Assembly (NCBI GenBank): GCA_965203805.1
Contig: OZ241917.1
Span: 2,048,001 to 2,112,000 of the forward strand
Direction of reading: 5' to 3'
DNA length: 64,000 bases
Origin: Candidatus Latescibacterota bacterium
GTDB taxonomy: Bacteria; Latescibacterota; UBA2968; GCA-2709665
Positions 1-10,386 of this stretch are shown here, piece after piece. Made by a program: the position numbers and the translations under genes. The stretch's first letter is position 1, and each line of letters begins with the position of its first letter. Under the pieces are notes generated by a model. The model had not been told where the DNA came from. It did no database searches and was given only the letters and a program-made list of their open reading frames with translations.

Positions 1-642
1 CTCTGCCTGAGCCTCTACAATCCCTGGACGGAAAACTGGTACACGGACCAATCGATCAAATGCATGTACCCCGAGTTGGGCCGCACGGTCGGTTACGCGG
101 TGACGTGCGTCTTCGGACTGCCCGACCCCGACTACACCTCTCTGTCGTTTCTGGACGTGATCGACGCGCTGGACGCGTCTCCCAAACCCACCGTGCTCGT
201 CTTCCAGCAGAAATTCCCGCCTGAACTCGCTGCCAAGGTCGGACTGGCCGGAGGCAACATGACCTCGGCCATGAAAGCGGTCGGATGCGTGGGCGCCATC
301 TCCAACGGGCCCTCCCGCGACATCGACGAGATTCGTCCCATGCGATTTCAATATATGCTGAGCGGCGTCACCGCCGGGCACGGCGGCATGGATGTGCACG
401 CCGTCAATGTGCCGGTCTCGGTAGGCGGAATGGACGTGGCTCCCGGCGAGATCATCCATATGGACGAGAACGGCGCGTGCAAATTTCCCGCCGACAAACT
501 GGAAGCCGTTCTCAATAACGTCCGTGCGCTGCAGAAGGAAGAGGAGGAACGAATGGGCGCCCTGCTGAACGCCTCGTCAGCCGATGAAGTCCGGGCGATC
601 CTGGGCGGACATACTTACGCCGGCGAGGACGAAAAAGACTGA
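1..642 (+). CDS. RraA / HMG-aldolase family protein (5' partial)
   Basis: Frame is open from base 1 (LCLSLYNPW...). Motifs GYAVT, G-A-I-S-N-G-P-S-R-D and V-x-P-G-E-I-I-H-M-D-E-N-G are typical of the RraA-like fold. Confidence 0.8.
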   Translation, partial: LCLSLYNPWTENWYTDQSIKCMYPELGRTVGYAVTCVFGLPDPDYTSLSFLDVIDALDASPKPTVLVFQQKFPPELAAKVGLAGGNMTSAMKAVGCVGAISNGPSRDIDEIRPMRFQYMLSGVTAGHGGMDVHAVNVPVSVGGMDVAPGEIIHMDENGACKFPADKLEAVLNNVRALQKEEEERMGALLNASSADEVRAILGGHTYAGEDEKD

Positions 643-781
643 CACCGGGAATGCAGTCTGCCCCGGACAAATCAGACCTGCCTCGAGAACCTGTCCCGAT
701 TGGGGATCGGGAATTGCTCGCGCGGTTGGGGGATGGACGAAACGTGGACGTACATTCCACGTACTTTCGAAATTTCCGAGG

Positions 782-3700
782 CTACGCCACGATCCTGACG
801 CGATCGCCGACAGCCGTTGAATACACTTCGAATGACTCGCCGATAACCTTCGAAAAATCAAATACTTCCTTCACGATGAAGGTCGTTCGTCCTCGCATCT
901 TGCGAACGGTGAACACGCGATCTCCGATCCGTAGCCGGCATCCGGGATACGCACCGCCTTTCGGATGATCCACGGTGCTTTCGAATCTGGATCGCTTCCC
1001 GGATGCCACGTTGCCCCTGCCCCTCACGAACCTGGGCATGTCTGCCAGGAAGACACGGCTGCCGCCGCTCTCGCGCTCGATTCGCTCCACCCGATACACC
1101 GTTTCCAGCCCCGACGGATGCCGGACGTAGACCACCATTCCGTTAAGCGACCCATCCTCAGGCAATTGACTATCCAGCACCATTTCACTGCGCCCCGGTG
1201 TGCCGGAAATGTCTCCCGCCAGTTCCGTGACGACCCCTTTGTAGTCGGAAATCCTCTGAACTTCCGATTCGCCGACCCTTAACCGCGACCCTTCAATCAC
1301 ATCGAGATCGACGTCTGCAGAGGCTTCGCTCACCACGCCCGCCCGTCCCCTGAGTTCAAATTGCCTGCCATCCGGCAGGGTCGTAACCAACCCCACGCCC
1401 ATGGGATCGATCGCAAGGGTCCGGACCCCGCCGCGTTCCTCCACCTGTATCACAATGCCGGACCCGTCTCGCGCCACCACTCTCGCACCTCGTACGAAGC
1501 CCTCGCCGTTATGGGCTTCGATAACCGTAACGAACGCGCTCGTTTCGTTTCGTTGCCGCAGGCAGACTGTACGCAGCCAGAAATCGTCCAATTTGCCGTC
1601 GTCCTCCCGCGTCCGGCGGATGGAGGGTGCTGCGCTTGCCAGCAATCGGCCCGCCTGCACGCCCAGAAACCTGACGTCCACCTGCGTGCCCTCGCCGTCG
1701 AAACGCACCTTGAAATCTTGGGACACATCTGCCGCGTGGGTGCGTTTCAGATATCCGTAGAGGGCGCCGTCCGTCCCGTCTCCGCGCAGAATCATCTCCG
1801 CTTCGGCGGCTCGCAGTCCCACTTCCGTGGAAATCGTCTGGTCGAAGTCGGCCGATCCGTGCAGCAGATAGTCGTGCACGTCACCGCCCTTCACCTCGAA
1901 CAGGTCCACGACGTACCCGCTATTGGGCCCCGTTGGGACGAGCATCATCGATCGACGATACACGGCCGTATTCTCAAAGGCTCCCGCTGCTTCCGCGCAA
2001 ACGAATCCAACGCGCGTACGGGAAGCCGGGCGATAGCAAAGCAGCCGCCCGCTTTCTCTGGTCTGCTCCTGTCCGTCGACGACCACGGTATTGTGGCTGC
2101 CAACCGTCGTCGCCCACTCCCGGTAACGGGTATGCGTGTATCCGATGTCCGACAGCAGTTCCTGTCCGAACACATCCATGCCCATCGCGAGGGTATCGTA
2201 ATGGTGATGCCCGCCCCATGGACCATAACCCAGCGTCGCGCGTACGGCTTCCTTCGATCGTCCCACGCCCAGGATGACGTCGCCGGCCGCCGGCAACAGA
2301 TAATTCGAGGGCGCGAGCGCGAGCAGGTCCTCGTCCGTGACACGCCCGTCGGCTTCCGACATCCGTCGAAAGAGCGCATACTCGACGTCGGCGACTGGAA
2401 TGCGGGAGCTGCCTCTGATTTCATCCGCTGCTTCCACGAATTTGCCCATAGACGCAATCTGACTGGAAACACGTGCAAAACCGGTACTCAGCGCCCACGA
2501 ATCGTTGGCCATGAACGTGCGTCCGTCCGGCATGAACAACCCCAGCGGCGCCGTATAGACTCGCTCCAGAAACGGCATCTCTCCGAAAACGTCGATTCCG
2601 CCGGGCCCACTGATGACATCAGGCACACGAAGGATCCCGTTTGTAATCATATTGAAGTAGTTGAGCGTATTCTCGTGCCAGTACCCGTCGTAATTGTAGC
2701 AGTTATCGATTAATGTCCGATACAACCCGTACCCACCGGCCACGAAGTCCGGTTCGCCGAGGACCCTCCCCACGAGGGCCAGCCCGTTGATCCTGCCGCC
2801 GTCGTAATTGGTCGAACCATGGGGAATTTCCAGTGTGTGCCGGATGGCCTCGTACAGAAGGTCTTGCTCGATGGCCTTGCGCACATCCCTGCCCTCGACT
2901 TCGGACAGCCTCTCGATGGCGCCGCTGTCGGAAATCAGGTCGTAAACCTGAGCCAGCCGGAACGCGTTGTACGCGTCCGAAAAGGGACTGGCATGAAAAT
3001 TCCCCATTCTGGCGGAAACGAACGGAAAGGGCGGATCCTTGTAGAAGTGGTTCTCGTAGAATCCCTTCCGGTCGGCGTGCAGATAGGACACGCCCAGTCC
3101 GTGCACGGGATAGTTCTTGTAGACTTCCGAAAGCCGATCCAGGATCACCGCCGCTTTCTGCGCATACGCAATTTCGCCGGTAAGCACGTAGGCTATTGAC
3201 AGGGGATCCGCCATTCGGACCACCTGGTATTGCGTGTAGTTCAGCAGCATATTTTCGAAAAAATACCGCATTCCCTCGTCATCTTCCCAATACCGGTATC
3301 GCACCGTCCCGCCGGCAGGACCTACGACCTCGATCTCTCCCACGGGCTGATGTTCCGGGCCCGGGAACACGCTCCCGCATATCTTGCACCGAACGCGTTC
3401 CGGAGCCTCCGGCGACCACTCCCAGAAATGGATCCGCCAGCTTCTCTTTCTCCGGTCCACGGGACAACGCGGGAGAGGAAAGTTAACCTGGTCGGAAATA
3501 CCGGCACGAATCTGCGCGTCCGGCATTTCGAGAATCTCGCGGTTGGCAATCCACCTCAATTGCCCGTCTCTGAACCGTCTGGCCCATTCGTGGGATTCCG
3601 CTCGCCGGCGCGCCCGCTCGATCTGATCCGGAGTATAGAAGAGCGGGTGTTTCACCCCACGCGGAAACGGCCGTTCGCCTTCCCAGTACCGTTTTTCCCT

Positions 3701-3829
3701 TGAACAGTCGATTCGTTCGATTCCCATATCATTCCTCCACAACGCCCGATCGCATCCCGCCGCAAGAACCACGGTGCCCAGACCGGCGTCCCGCAGAAAC
3801 TCCCGTCTCGTGAGTAAATGCTCTGACAT
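782..3829 (-). CDS. Heparinase II/III-like (alginate lyase-type) protein with Tat signal
   Basis: Start MSEHLLTRREFL (twin-arginine) followed by LAAGC. Motifs GGHHHYD, DIGY and SHNTVVVDG. The ORF-track start at 4045 is probably too far upstream. Confidence 0.8.
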   Translation of the reverse strand: MSEHLLTRREFLRDAGLGTVVLAAGCDRALWRNDMGIERIDCSREKRYWEGERPFPRGVKHPLFYTPDQIERARRRAESHEWARRFRDGQLRWIANREILEMPDAQIRAGISDQVNFPLPRCPVDRRKRSWRIHFWEWSPEAPERVRCKICGSVFPGPEHQPVGEIEVVGPAGGTVRYRYWEDDEGMRYFFENMLLNYTQYQVVRMADPLSIAYVLTGEIAYAQKAAVILDRLSEVYKNYPVHGLGVSYLHADRKGFYENHFYKDPPFPFVSARMGNFHASPFSDAYNAFRLAQVYDLISDSGAIERLSEVEGRDVRKAIEQDLLYEAIRHTLEIPHGSTNYDGGRINGLALVGRVLGEPDFVAGGYGLYRTLIDNCYNYDGYWHENTLNYFNMITNGILRVPDVISGPGGIDVFGEMPFLERVYTAPLGLFMPDGRTFMANDSWALSTGFARVSSQIASMGKFVEAADEIRGSSRIPVADVEYALFRRMSEADGRVTDEDLLALAPSNYLLPAAGDVILGVGRSKEAVRATLGYGPWGGHHHYDTLAMGMDVFGQELLSDIGYTHTRYREWATTVGSHNTVVVDGQEQTRESGRLLCYRPASRTRVGFVCAEAAGAFENTAVYRRSMMLVPTGPNSGYVVDLFEVKGGDVHDYLLHGSADFDQTISTEVGLRAAEAEMILRGDGTDGALYGYLKRTHAADVSQDFKVRFDGEGTQVDVRFLGVQAGRLLASAAPSIRRTREDDGKLDDFWLRTVCLRQRNETSAFVTVIEAHNGEGFVRGARVVARDGSGIVIQVEERGGVRTLAIDPMGVGLVTTLPDGRQFELRGRAGVVSEASADVDLDVIEGSRLRVGESEVQRISDYKGVVTELAGDISGTPGRSEMVLDSQLPEDGSLNGMVVYVRHPSGLETVYRVERIERESGGSRVFLADMPRFVRGRGNVASGKRSRFESTVDHPKGGAYPGCRLRIGDRVFTVRKMRGRTTFIVKEVFDFSKVIGESFEVYSTAVGDRVRIVA

Positions 3830-4104
3830 CTGGCGCACCCGTAAACGCACGGCCCTGCAGGCGCCGTAACGGTCATCATCTAACATACGAACTCCATCGG
3901 GCGTTCGACGATGGGCGACGTCCCGAAATAAGACGCCGAAAGCAATTCCCGTGTTTCGGACACCCCCGTGTGGGATCGTGTGTTCCACGGAATACCGCCC
4001 GGCTGCGGAAATATACGCCGGCCACTTATCGAAGTCCAGACACACCGTGAAGCCGATTTGAGTTCGTGCCGTCCATCGCTATCCGAAAAAAACGAACGCA
4101 ACCC

Positions 4105-4133
4105 TTGACATTTCCTAATCAATTCGTCATATT
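4105..4133 (+). promoter_or_regulatory. Sigma70-type promoter of blaI-blaR operon
   Basis: TTGACA (4105-4110), 17-nt spacer, CATATT (4128-4133), in an AT-rich patch. Confidence 0.7.
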
Positions 4134-4150
4134 ACTAATAATATAGTAAT
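4131..4150. promoter_or_regulatory. Palindromic operator, putative BlaI-family binding site
   Basis: ATTACTA-N6-TAGTAAT perfect inverted repeat overlapping the -10 box, upstream of a BlaI-family repressor. Confidence 0.7.
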
Positions 4151-4277
4151 GTGCAACAAGAAAAATCGCCGGCAACGCCTGGACATCCACCGGCCGCGCG
4201 CTGTTCACCGAACACGCAAGCGAATCCGCCAGATTGCTTGAAATCCGGAAATCAGGCAGAGACGAAAGGAGACTGAC

Positions 4278-4676
4278 ATGGCGAAGAAAAGACGATTGGC
4301 CGAAGCGGAATGGGAGGTGATGGACGGCGTCTGGCAATTCGGTCGCCGGGTTACCGTTCGCGAGGTTGTGGATCACCTCTATCCCAACGGCGAGAAGGCC
4401 TATACGACGGTTCAGACGATCATGAATATTCTGACTGCAAAGGGCGTACTTGACCGGGAAAAGATCGGTCCCGTCAATGTGTACAGATCCGCGCTTTCGC
4501 GGCAGGATGTCGCACAGGCCGAAACGCGCACCCTGGTATCGCGCATGTTCGAGGGTTCCTTCGGCGCCCTGGCGACCTATCTCGTGGATTCGGGCGAACT
4601 CTCGAAGAAGGAGCTCGATGAATTGCGGGCACTGATCGAGGAAAGAGAAAAGGCGAAGGAAGGAGGCCCGACGTGA
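4278..4676 (+). CDS. blaI: BlaI/MecI/CopY family transcriptional repressor
   Basis: LAEAEWEVM..VW, AYTTVQTIM.IL..KG, F.GS...L...LV....LS..EL..LR. RBS AAGGAG upstream. Confidence 0.93.
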   Translation: MAKKRRLAEAEWEVMDGVWQFGRRVTVREVVDHLYPNGEKAYTTVQTIMNILTAKGVLDREKIGPVNVYRSALSRQDVAQAETRTLVSRMFEGSFGALATYLVDSGELSKKELDELRALIEEREKAKEGGPT

Positions 4677-7600
4677 ACACGTTAATACATCTGGCGGAAA
4701 CGTGGTGGCCGCTCTATGCCGTGCACATGGTCGAAATCTCGTTCTTCATTGTTCTTGTGTGGTCCGTGGACCGGTGGTTCGCGCTGGATTCACGGTTGAG
4801 ATACGCGCTCTATCTGCTGGCCCTTGCGAAGGTGTTTGTACCGCCGGTACTGGCCATCCCGATACCCGCGTTTCTGGTTTCTCCAGCAGGTGTCGCAGTG
4901 AACGCAACCGCTTATTTCGGAGCGGTATCTGAAGCCGTCGCTGTCGCTCCCGAACCTGCGGCCACGCTTCCGCCGGCGTTCTATTTGTTCTGTCTGTGGA
5001 TTCTCTCGGTCCTTGTCTGGACGGGCGCGGCGCTGTGGAAAAACGCGGCCTTTCGCCGTGCGCTGAAGCCGGCAAGCCCGGTGGACCTGGCAAGCGAGAT
5101 CGCGTCACTGAACGCACCGGAGACCTTGAAAGTGTATTCCAAGCCAACCCTGCCCTCTCCCATTCTGGTGGGCCTGCGGAGGCCGCGGTTGTTCCTGCCC
5201 TCGAAGTGGTCTTCGTGGTCGTCTGAAGAACTGCGAGGCGTCTTGAAGCACGAACTGGCGCACCATGAACGGCGTGACATCTACGTGCTGATTCTGCAGG
5301 CCCTGGCAACGGCGCTGTTTGGCGCAAATCCGTTAATCTGGCTGTTGAACCGAAGGTTGTCATACCTGCGCGAATTGCGCTGTGACGAAGCGGTGCTGCG
5401 CGAGACGAATCTGACACCTGCCGATTACGGGCGCCTGCTGCTGGGCTTTGTCGACACGCGGTCCTCCCCGGGACCGCTGACCGTATTCTTCACCGAGCGA
5501 GGCGCGACGCTGAAGAAACGCCTGGAGCACATCCTCAACTACAAGGCGGGCAATATGAATCGGTCAAAGTGGCAGTTTGTAACGCTAATACTCGTCGGCC
5601 TGATGATAGTGCCGCTCTCGATCCGTGAAGCATATACACAGAATGACGTCTCAAAGTCGGCCACAAACGTCGAGATGGCCGTCCCCGAGAAAGTACAGCG
5701 GACTGCGCCACCCGTTACGGGCAATTCGGACACTGTTACGGTTGGAGTCCCAACCGACGACGAGGCTGAAGTGGAAAAGAAGCCCGTTACGATTTCGCAG
5801 CTCAAGAGTTCAGTTGCTGTTAATGATGCCTTTATGCAATTCGTGAATTCTCGTACCGCACCTGATACAGGGTTCACCGCCACGGTAACCTTGAACGTAA
5901 GGGCCGACGTACACGGCTCAGTGGAAGACGTGAAGCTTGTGAACGTCGAAGGGCCGGCAGGATTCGAAAACGCGGTAAGAGACGCCGTTTCGCGAATGAA
6001 ATTTGAGCCAGCGAAGCACGATAGTGTAAATGCGCCGGTATGGTTTACCCAGCAAATGTCGTATCACTGGCATGGCACATCAAAGCGCTCAAATCCGGCA
6101 AATCTCCTCGCTGCCCCGGACACTGGCCTGGTCGACGTCATTGAAATTGACCAGGTCGAAACGAAACCCCATCCGATACACATTGTCGGCCCGGAATTTC
6201 CCGAAGAGGCATTCAAGATCAAAACAGAGGGAATGGTTACGCTGAGACTTATCGTGAATGTCGACAGTTCGGTTAGCGACGTGACGGTTTTGAGCGGGCC
6301 CGAAATATTCCATAGAGCCGCAGTAGATGCGGTGTTGCAGTGGCGGTTCAGACCGGCGAAGATTGGTGGTCGAGCAGTGCCCGTATCGTTGGTTATGCCG
6401 ATTGGATTTTCCCACAACGCTGAGAATGAGCATGAAATCTTGCCCGCAAAGAGAACCGGCCAAGCTCCCACTGAAAATCCCGATCGAGTTACCGCACCAA
6501 AACCTGGTCAGGGAGATAATGGCGATCAAAAAACTCTCGAATTCTGGTCGGTAGACGAGAAACCAGTCGTCTCGCATGCCGTTGAGCCCATTTATCCCGA
6601 TGCGGCAAGAAAAGCACGTCTGACGGGAAACGTGTTCTTGAAATTCAAGGTGAACGTGGATGGATCAGTAAGCGATGTAAACGTAATCAAAGGCAACGTG
6701 GTCTTTAAAAAATCGGCGATCGACGCCGCGTCGCAATATCGGTTCATTCCCGCGAAACACGACGGTAAGCCCGTCGCGGTGTGGATGACGCACCGAATCA
6801 AGTTTAATCTGCCCAAGCAAGAGGCCGGGCGACCCGAAGACCAAACCGACGTTCAAGCTGAGACGACTTTCGAGATTTGGGACGTGGACATTAAGCCAGT
6901 CGTTACGCATTCCGCTCAACCAATCTATCCAGAATTGGCACGTTTAACCGGGGGAAGGACGGGGTCTGTACACGTCAAGTTCATAGTCAACGAAAATGGA
7001 TCGGTAAGCGACGTACGTCCGCTAAAAGGTCAATCGATATTTATTAAACCTGCGATTGATGCGATATCACAATACAGGTTTAAGCCTGCCGAGTACGAAA
7101 ACGAGCCCGTCGCAGTGTGGATGACCCACCGGATCAACTTTCAACCACCCGAACCAAAGGCCACAATTGACGGCGAAAACGTCTTTGACTTACGAACCGT
7201 AGACAAAACACCGGTTGTCGTGCATGCCGTACAGCCGATTTATCCCGACGTGTCGAAAGAAGCAGGCCTGGTGGGACAGGTTGCTTTGAAATTCAAGGTC
7301 GGCGTGGATGGCACCGTGAGCAACGTCGACGCATTCGTCCTCAAAGGCGGTGAGGATTTTCGCAAGCCCGCGATTGAAGCAATAACACGATTTCTCTACA
7401 AGCCTGCCGAACACGAGGGAAAGCCTGTTGCGGTGTGGATGACACACCATTTTACGTTCACGCCCCCAGAACCTGGAGACGGCACAGATCACCGTACGGG
7501 CGATATCGGTAGGGATAAAGTCTTCGAGATTTCAGAGGTGGACATAGCGCCCGTCCCTCCGAGCCTGCTTGAAGTTCGCCCAAATTATCCGGAGGTGGCG

Positions 7601-7861
7601 CAAAAAGCGGGCTTAACTGGAAGAGTTGTGTTGAAGTTCAAGGTCGATGAGGATGGGTCAGTGAGCGATGTACACGTCCTGAAAGGCGACGAGATATTTC
7701 GCGAGCCTGCAATTGAATCAGTTACCCGACTTCGTTACAAACCAGCTATACGCGCCGGTAAAGCCGTGCCCGTGTGGTTAACAATGTCCGTAACGTTCGC
7801 GCTCCCTGACCATCAGGACGACACAGTTCCCGACACGAGCAATCCTGGCACCGGGAATTAA
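4673..7861 (+). CDS. BlaR1-type M56 membrane metallopeptidase fused to six TonB C-terminal domains
   Basis: N-terminal TM helices, HELAH zinc motif, NPL.W and RE..CD. Then six TonB_C-like repeats (PxYP..A..G.V.LKF.V..DG.V..V...A......F.PA..G..V.VW). GTGA overlap with blaI. Confidence 0.9.
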   Translation: MNTLIHLAETWWPLYAVHMVEISFFIVLVWSVDRWFALDSRLRYALYLLALAKVFVPPVLAIPIPAFLVSPAGVAVNATAYFGAVSEAVAVAPEPAATLPPAFYLFCLWILSVLVWTGAALWKNAAFRRALKPASPVDLASEIASLNAPETLKVYSKPTLPSPILVGLRRPRLFLPSKWSSWSSEELRGVLKHELAHHERRDIYVLILQALATALFGANPLIWLLNRRLSYLRELRCDEAVLRETNLTPADYGRLLLGFVDTRSSPGPLTVFFTERGATLKKRLEHILNYKAGNMNRSKWQFVTLILVGLMIVPLSIREAYTQNDVSKSATNVEMAVPEKVQRTAPPVTGNSDTVTVGVPTDDEAEVEKKPVTISQLKSSVAVNDAFMQFVNSRTAPDTGFTATVTLNVRADVHGSVEDVKLVNVEGPAGFENAVRDAVSRMKFEPAKHDSVNAPVWFTQQMSYHWHGTSKRSNPANLLAAPDTGLVDVIEIDQVETKPHPIHIVGPEFPEEAFKIKTEGMVTLRLIVNVDSSVSDVTVLSGPEIFHRAAVDAVLQWRFRPAKIGGRAVPVSLVMPIGFSHNAENEHEILPAKRTGQAPTENPDRVTAPKPGQGDNGDQKTLEFWSVDEKPVVSHAVEPIYPDAARKARLTGNVFLKFKVNVDGSVSDVNVIKGNVVFKKSAIDAASQYRFIPAKHDGKPVAVWMTHRIKFNLPKQEAGRPEDQTDVQAETTFEIWDVDIKPVVTHSAQPIYPELARLTGGRTGSVHVKFIVNENGSVSDVRPLKGQSIFIKPAIDAISQYRFKPAEYENEPVAVWMTHRINFQPPEPKATIDGENVFDLRTVDKTPVVVHAVQPIYPDVSKEAGLVGQVALKFKVGVDGTVSNVDAFVLKGGEDFRKPAIEAITRFLYKPAEHEGKPVAVWMTHHFTFTPPEPGDGTDHRTGDIGRDKVFEISEVDIAPVPPSLLEVRPNYPEVAQKAGLTGRVVLKFKVDEDGSVSDVHVLKGDEIFREPAIESVTRLRYKPAIRAGKAVPVWLTMSVTFALPDHQDDTVPDTSNPGTGN

Positions 7862-8100
7862 CGTGCTTCGGCCTGTTTTTATTTCGGAAGCTCACGCTGA
7901 TTCTCGGGGAAGTTCCTGAAATCCAAAAAAACTCGCAGCCTCGGCGTCTTCGTGCCAGCCTGTAAATCAAACAACATTGTCAATTGGTGCTCGCTGTCAC
8001 CTTATATTGTCAGCCGCGATACATGAACGGTGCCTCGAATGTGTCTGGAATCGGTCAAACAACGCCAAGGACAAGGCCACCGATGAATGGCGGACCGACA

Positions 8101-9948
8101 ATGCATCCGGTTATAATGGCAGGGTTGTACTGTATGATCGTCACACTTTCCGGGTGTAATACCGATGTCTCGAGCGACATCCGGAAACTTGGCCATAAAC
8201 GCGTTGGGGTTCGACTTCACGCAATCGAGTCGCTTTCTCGGAACAGAGACAAACGTTCGATTGAGGCGTTGAATCGATCGCTCAATGACTCGGACACCTG
8301 GGTCCGCCTGAAGGCCATCGAAGTCCTGGGAATAATACGAGACTCCAGTTCCGTGGCACCGCTGCTCACCAGGATTGACGATCGTGAGCAGATTATTCGA
8401 CTGGCGGCAATAGAAACACTTGGCCAAATCGAAGACTCGCGGGCTATCGAATCATTGACAGATTTACTCACGAGACCGAATCCAAACGTGCGCGTGACCG
8501 CTATCACTGCGTTGGGAAAAATCGGAAGTGCCTGTTGTATCGAGAAGATTTCGGAATGCCTGAATAACGATGACAGATACATCCAATCGGCCGCCATACT
8601 CGCTCTGAAAGAAATCGGCCACCCGAGCGCGATCAATCCGCTGACAGCGGCTTTTGTTAATGAAGTCGAAGACGATATGTTGAGTTCTTTAATCGTCTAT
8701 GCTTTGGAGAATCTGGACCCGAATTGGGAAAAGAGTAAACAAACGGAACAAGCGCTATCGCATCTGATCTCCGAATTCAAAGACGAGAAACTCACCGAGA
8801 CAAAACGCCGAAGCATTGCCACGACGTTTGAAAAAATCAATCGTCATTGGAAGAGTGAAGATTGGGCAGAATCACTGAAAGAAGAGTTTCTTGAAAACTT
8901 GAACGATAAGAACCCGCTTGTCAGAGAAGCCGCAGCCGAAGGTCTGGGTGAACTGAGTGATGGGAGTATGTTTGGTCCGCTATCCAGGGCGTTAACCGAT
9001 GAACCAGAATGGAGTGTCCGGTGCGATATATTATACGCCTTGGGCGAAGTCAAGGACAAACGGGCGGTGGGAACGCTGTGCCATTCGCTCAAAGACTCCA
9101 TTCCGTCAGTCAAGTTTTCGGCTGCGGCCGCATTGGGTAAGATTGGAGATACGACCGCAGTCAACGCACTCATTGCGGTTCTGGATGACGCCACAGCGCC
9201 CGATGCTGGCCCATTTGCGGAAATCGTCGTTGAGAATCCACGGGATGTCCGCATCGCGGTCGCACAGGCATTGGGAGAACTTGAGGACGCCAGGTCCACA
9301 AATGCCCTCGTAGATCTCATGAGCAGTAGAAGCGATCTTGTTCGACGCGCCGCGACCGCCGCGCTCGGTAAAATCGGTGATCGAGGTTCCATGGAGCCAT
9401 TGATTACCGCCTTGAACGACCCTTCTATTGATGTTCGACGGGAAGCGGCAATGGCACTGGGAAGAATCGGCGATAAACGTGCGTTTCAGGCTATATTGGA
9501 TGCCGTAATGTTCAAACGGCTGAGAGTAACGGACGTATCTTCTTCATTGGATATGCTTGATCCATACTGGAGAGAGACTGAATTGGCAAAGCGTCTGGTC
9601 GAAGCAATCCTACGAGAAATCCGGGACCGGGATCTTGAGACTCGTATCCGGGCCGCAGAAGACCTGGCTGAAATTGCGAATGATCGATCCGCCGAGACAT
9701 TGATCAATGAGTTGAGAAAGCGAAATCTGCCCATCGTTGCTGGCGCCCATCGGTTCTTTCTCGGACAAGAAACAAAGGGCTATGAATCCGTTCTTATCGA
9801 TGCTCTCTCGTTTTATGGCAATACGAGTATGGCTGCAGCCTTCCTGAAGTCGCGTAACGCGCGTCTCGTAACGGCAGCCAGAAATTGGGCACGGAGCAGA
9901 AACCTTACGATATTTTCCTGGCCCATCAAAAAAGATTCGATCCAATGA
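8101..9948 (+). CDS. HEAT/PBS-lyase repeat lipoprotein
   Basis: Many VR..A..ALG.IGD repeats. Signal peptide with lipobox TLSG-C from ATG 8101. Confidence 0.85.
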   Translation: MHPVIMAGLYCMIVTLSGCNTDVSSDIRKLGHKRVGVRLHAIESLSRNRDKRSIEALNRSLNDSDTWVRLKAIEVLGIIRDSSSVAPLLTRIDDREQIIRLAAIETLGQIEDSRAIESLTDLLTRPNPNVRVTAITALGKIGSACCIEKISECLNNDDRYIQSAAILALKEIGHPSAINPLTAAFVNEVEDDMLSSLIVYALENLDPNWEKSKQTEQALSHLISEFKDEKLTETKRRSIATTFEKINRHWKSEDWAESLKEEFLENLNDKNPLVREAAAEGLGELSDGSMFGPLSRALTDEPEWSVRCDILYALGEVKDKRAVGTLCHSLKDSIPSVKFSAAAALGKIGDTTAVNALIAVLDDATAPDAGPFAEIVVENPRDVRIAVAQALGELEDARSTNALVDLMSSRSDLVRRAATAALGKIGDRGSMEPLITALNDPSIDVRREAAMALGRIGDKRAFQAILDAVMFKRLRVTDVSSSLDMLDPYWRETELAKRLVEAILREIRDRDLETRIRAAEDLAEIANDRSAETLINELRKRNLPIVAGAHRFFLGQETKGYESVLIDALSFYGNTSMAAAFLKSRNARLVTAARNWARSRNLTIFSWPIKKDSIQ

Positions 9949-10386
9949 CGGCGGTACTTTTATGGACGATCGCACCTGACCTTCGAGTTCGGATAGACAA
10001 CACAGCTATTTCGCCAATGAAAAACAGCGACGCATGTTCACCAAACCACAGGCCGCCAAAGGTGGAACCGTTTCCTTTCGGCCGAGCGAACCGTCGTGAT
10101 CTTCAGGATTTCTTTTCTTGTTGTACGATTGAAATTTGCCTATTTTTGAGTAATGATGGATATTCTATAAGGAAAAGCGAAACCGAGTTGGTTTTGCTAA
10201 TTGGCGTATTGGCTGTTGGCCGCCCGAAGCAGCCAACCACCAGCATCCGCCAAGCGCCTGCCAGTGGCAATTCGTCGTAAACTATGCCACAAATGGCTTG
10301 GCCGACCTTGACATAATGGACAACAAAGCAACATGTGAGCAATTACCATTCGCAAAGCCTTCAATCCTTCCCAATGTGAGTGGAAC

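Noticed and set aside
1361-2713. 450-aa + strand ORF, and similar long ORFs at 25046-26419, 34995-36578, 42142-43983, 45164-47122 and 52068-53543
   Set aside because: Antisense shadows of well-supported genes in GC-rich DNA; Arg/Pro-rich with no motifs.
3830-4045. N-terminal extension of the heparinase ORF, and similar upstream starts at 7984, 21320, 27300, 32324 and 40027
   Set aside because: Downstream starts have signal peptides, RBS or family-typical N-termini; the extensions look non-coding.
6540-7800. DNA-level repeats (GTGTGGATGAC.CAC) as a possible DGR template/variable pair or CRISPR
   Set aside because: In-frame TonB domain duplications; no reverse transcriptase, no adenine-specific pattern noticed, and no repeat-spacer structure.
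9949-10386. Integron attC site, tRNA or R-M controller gene upstream of the MTase
   Set aside because: Only a short GTTGGC/GCCAAC inverted repeat; no attC core geometry, cloverleaf or HTH ORF recognised.
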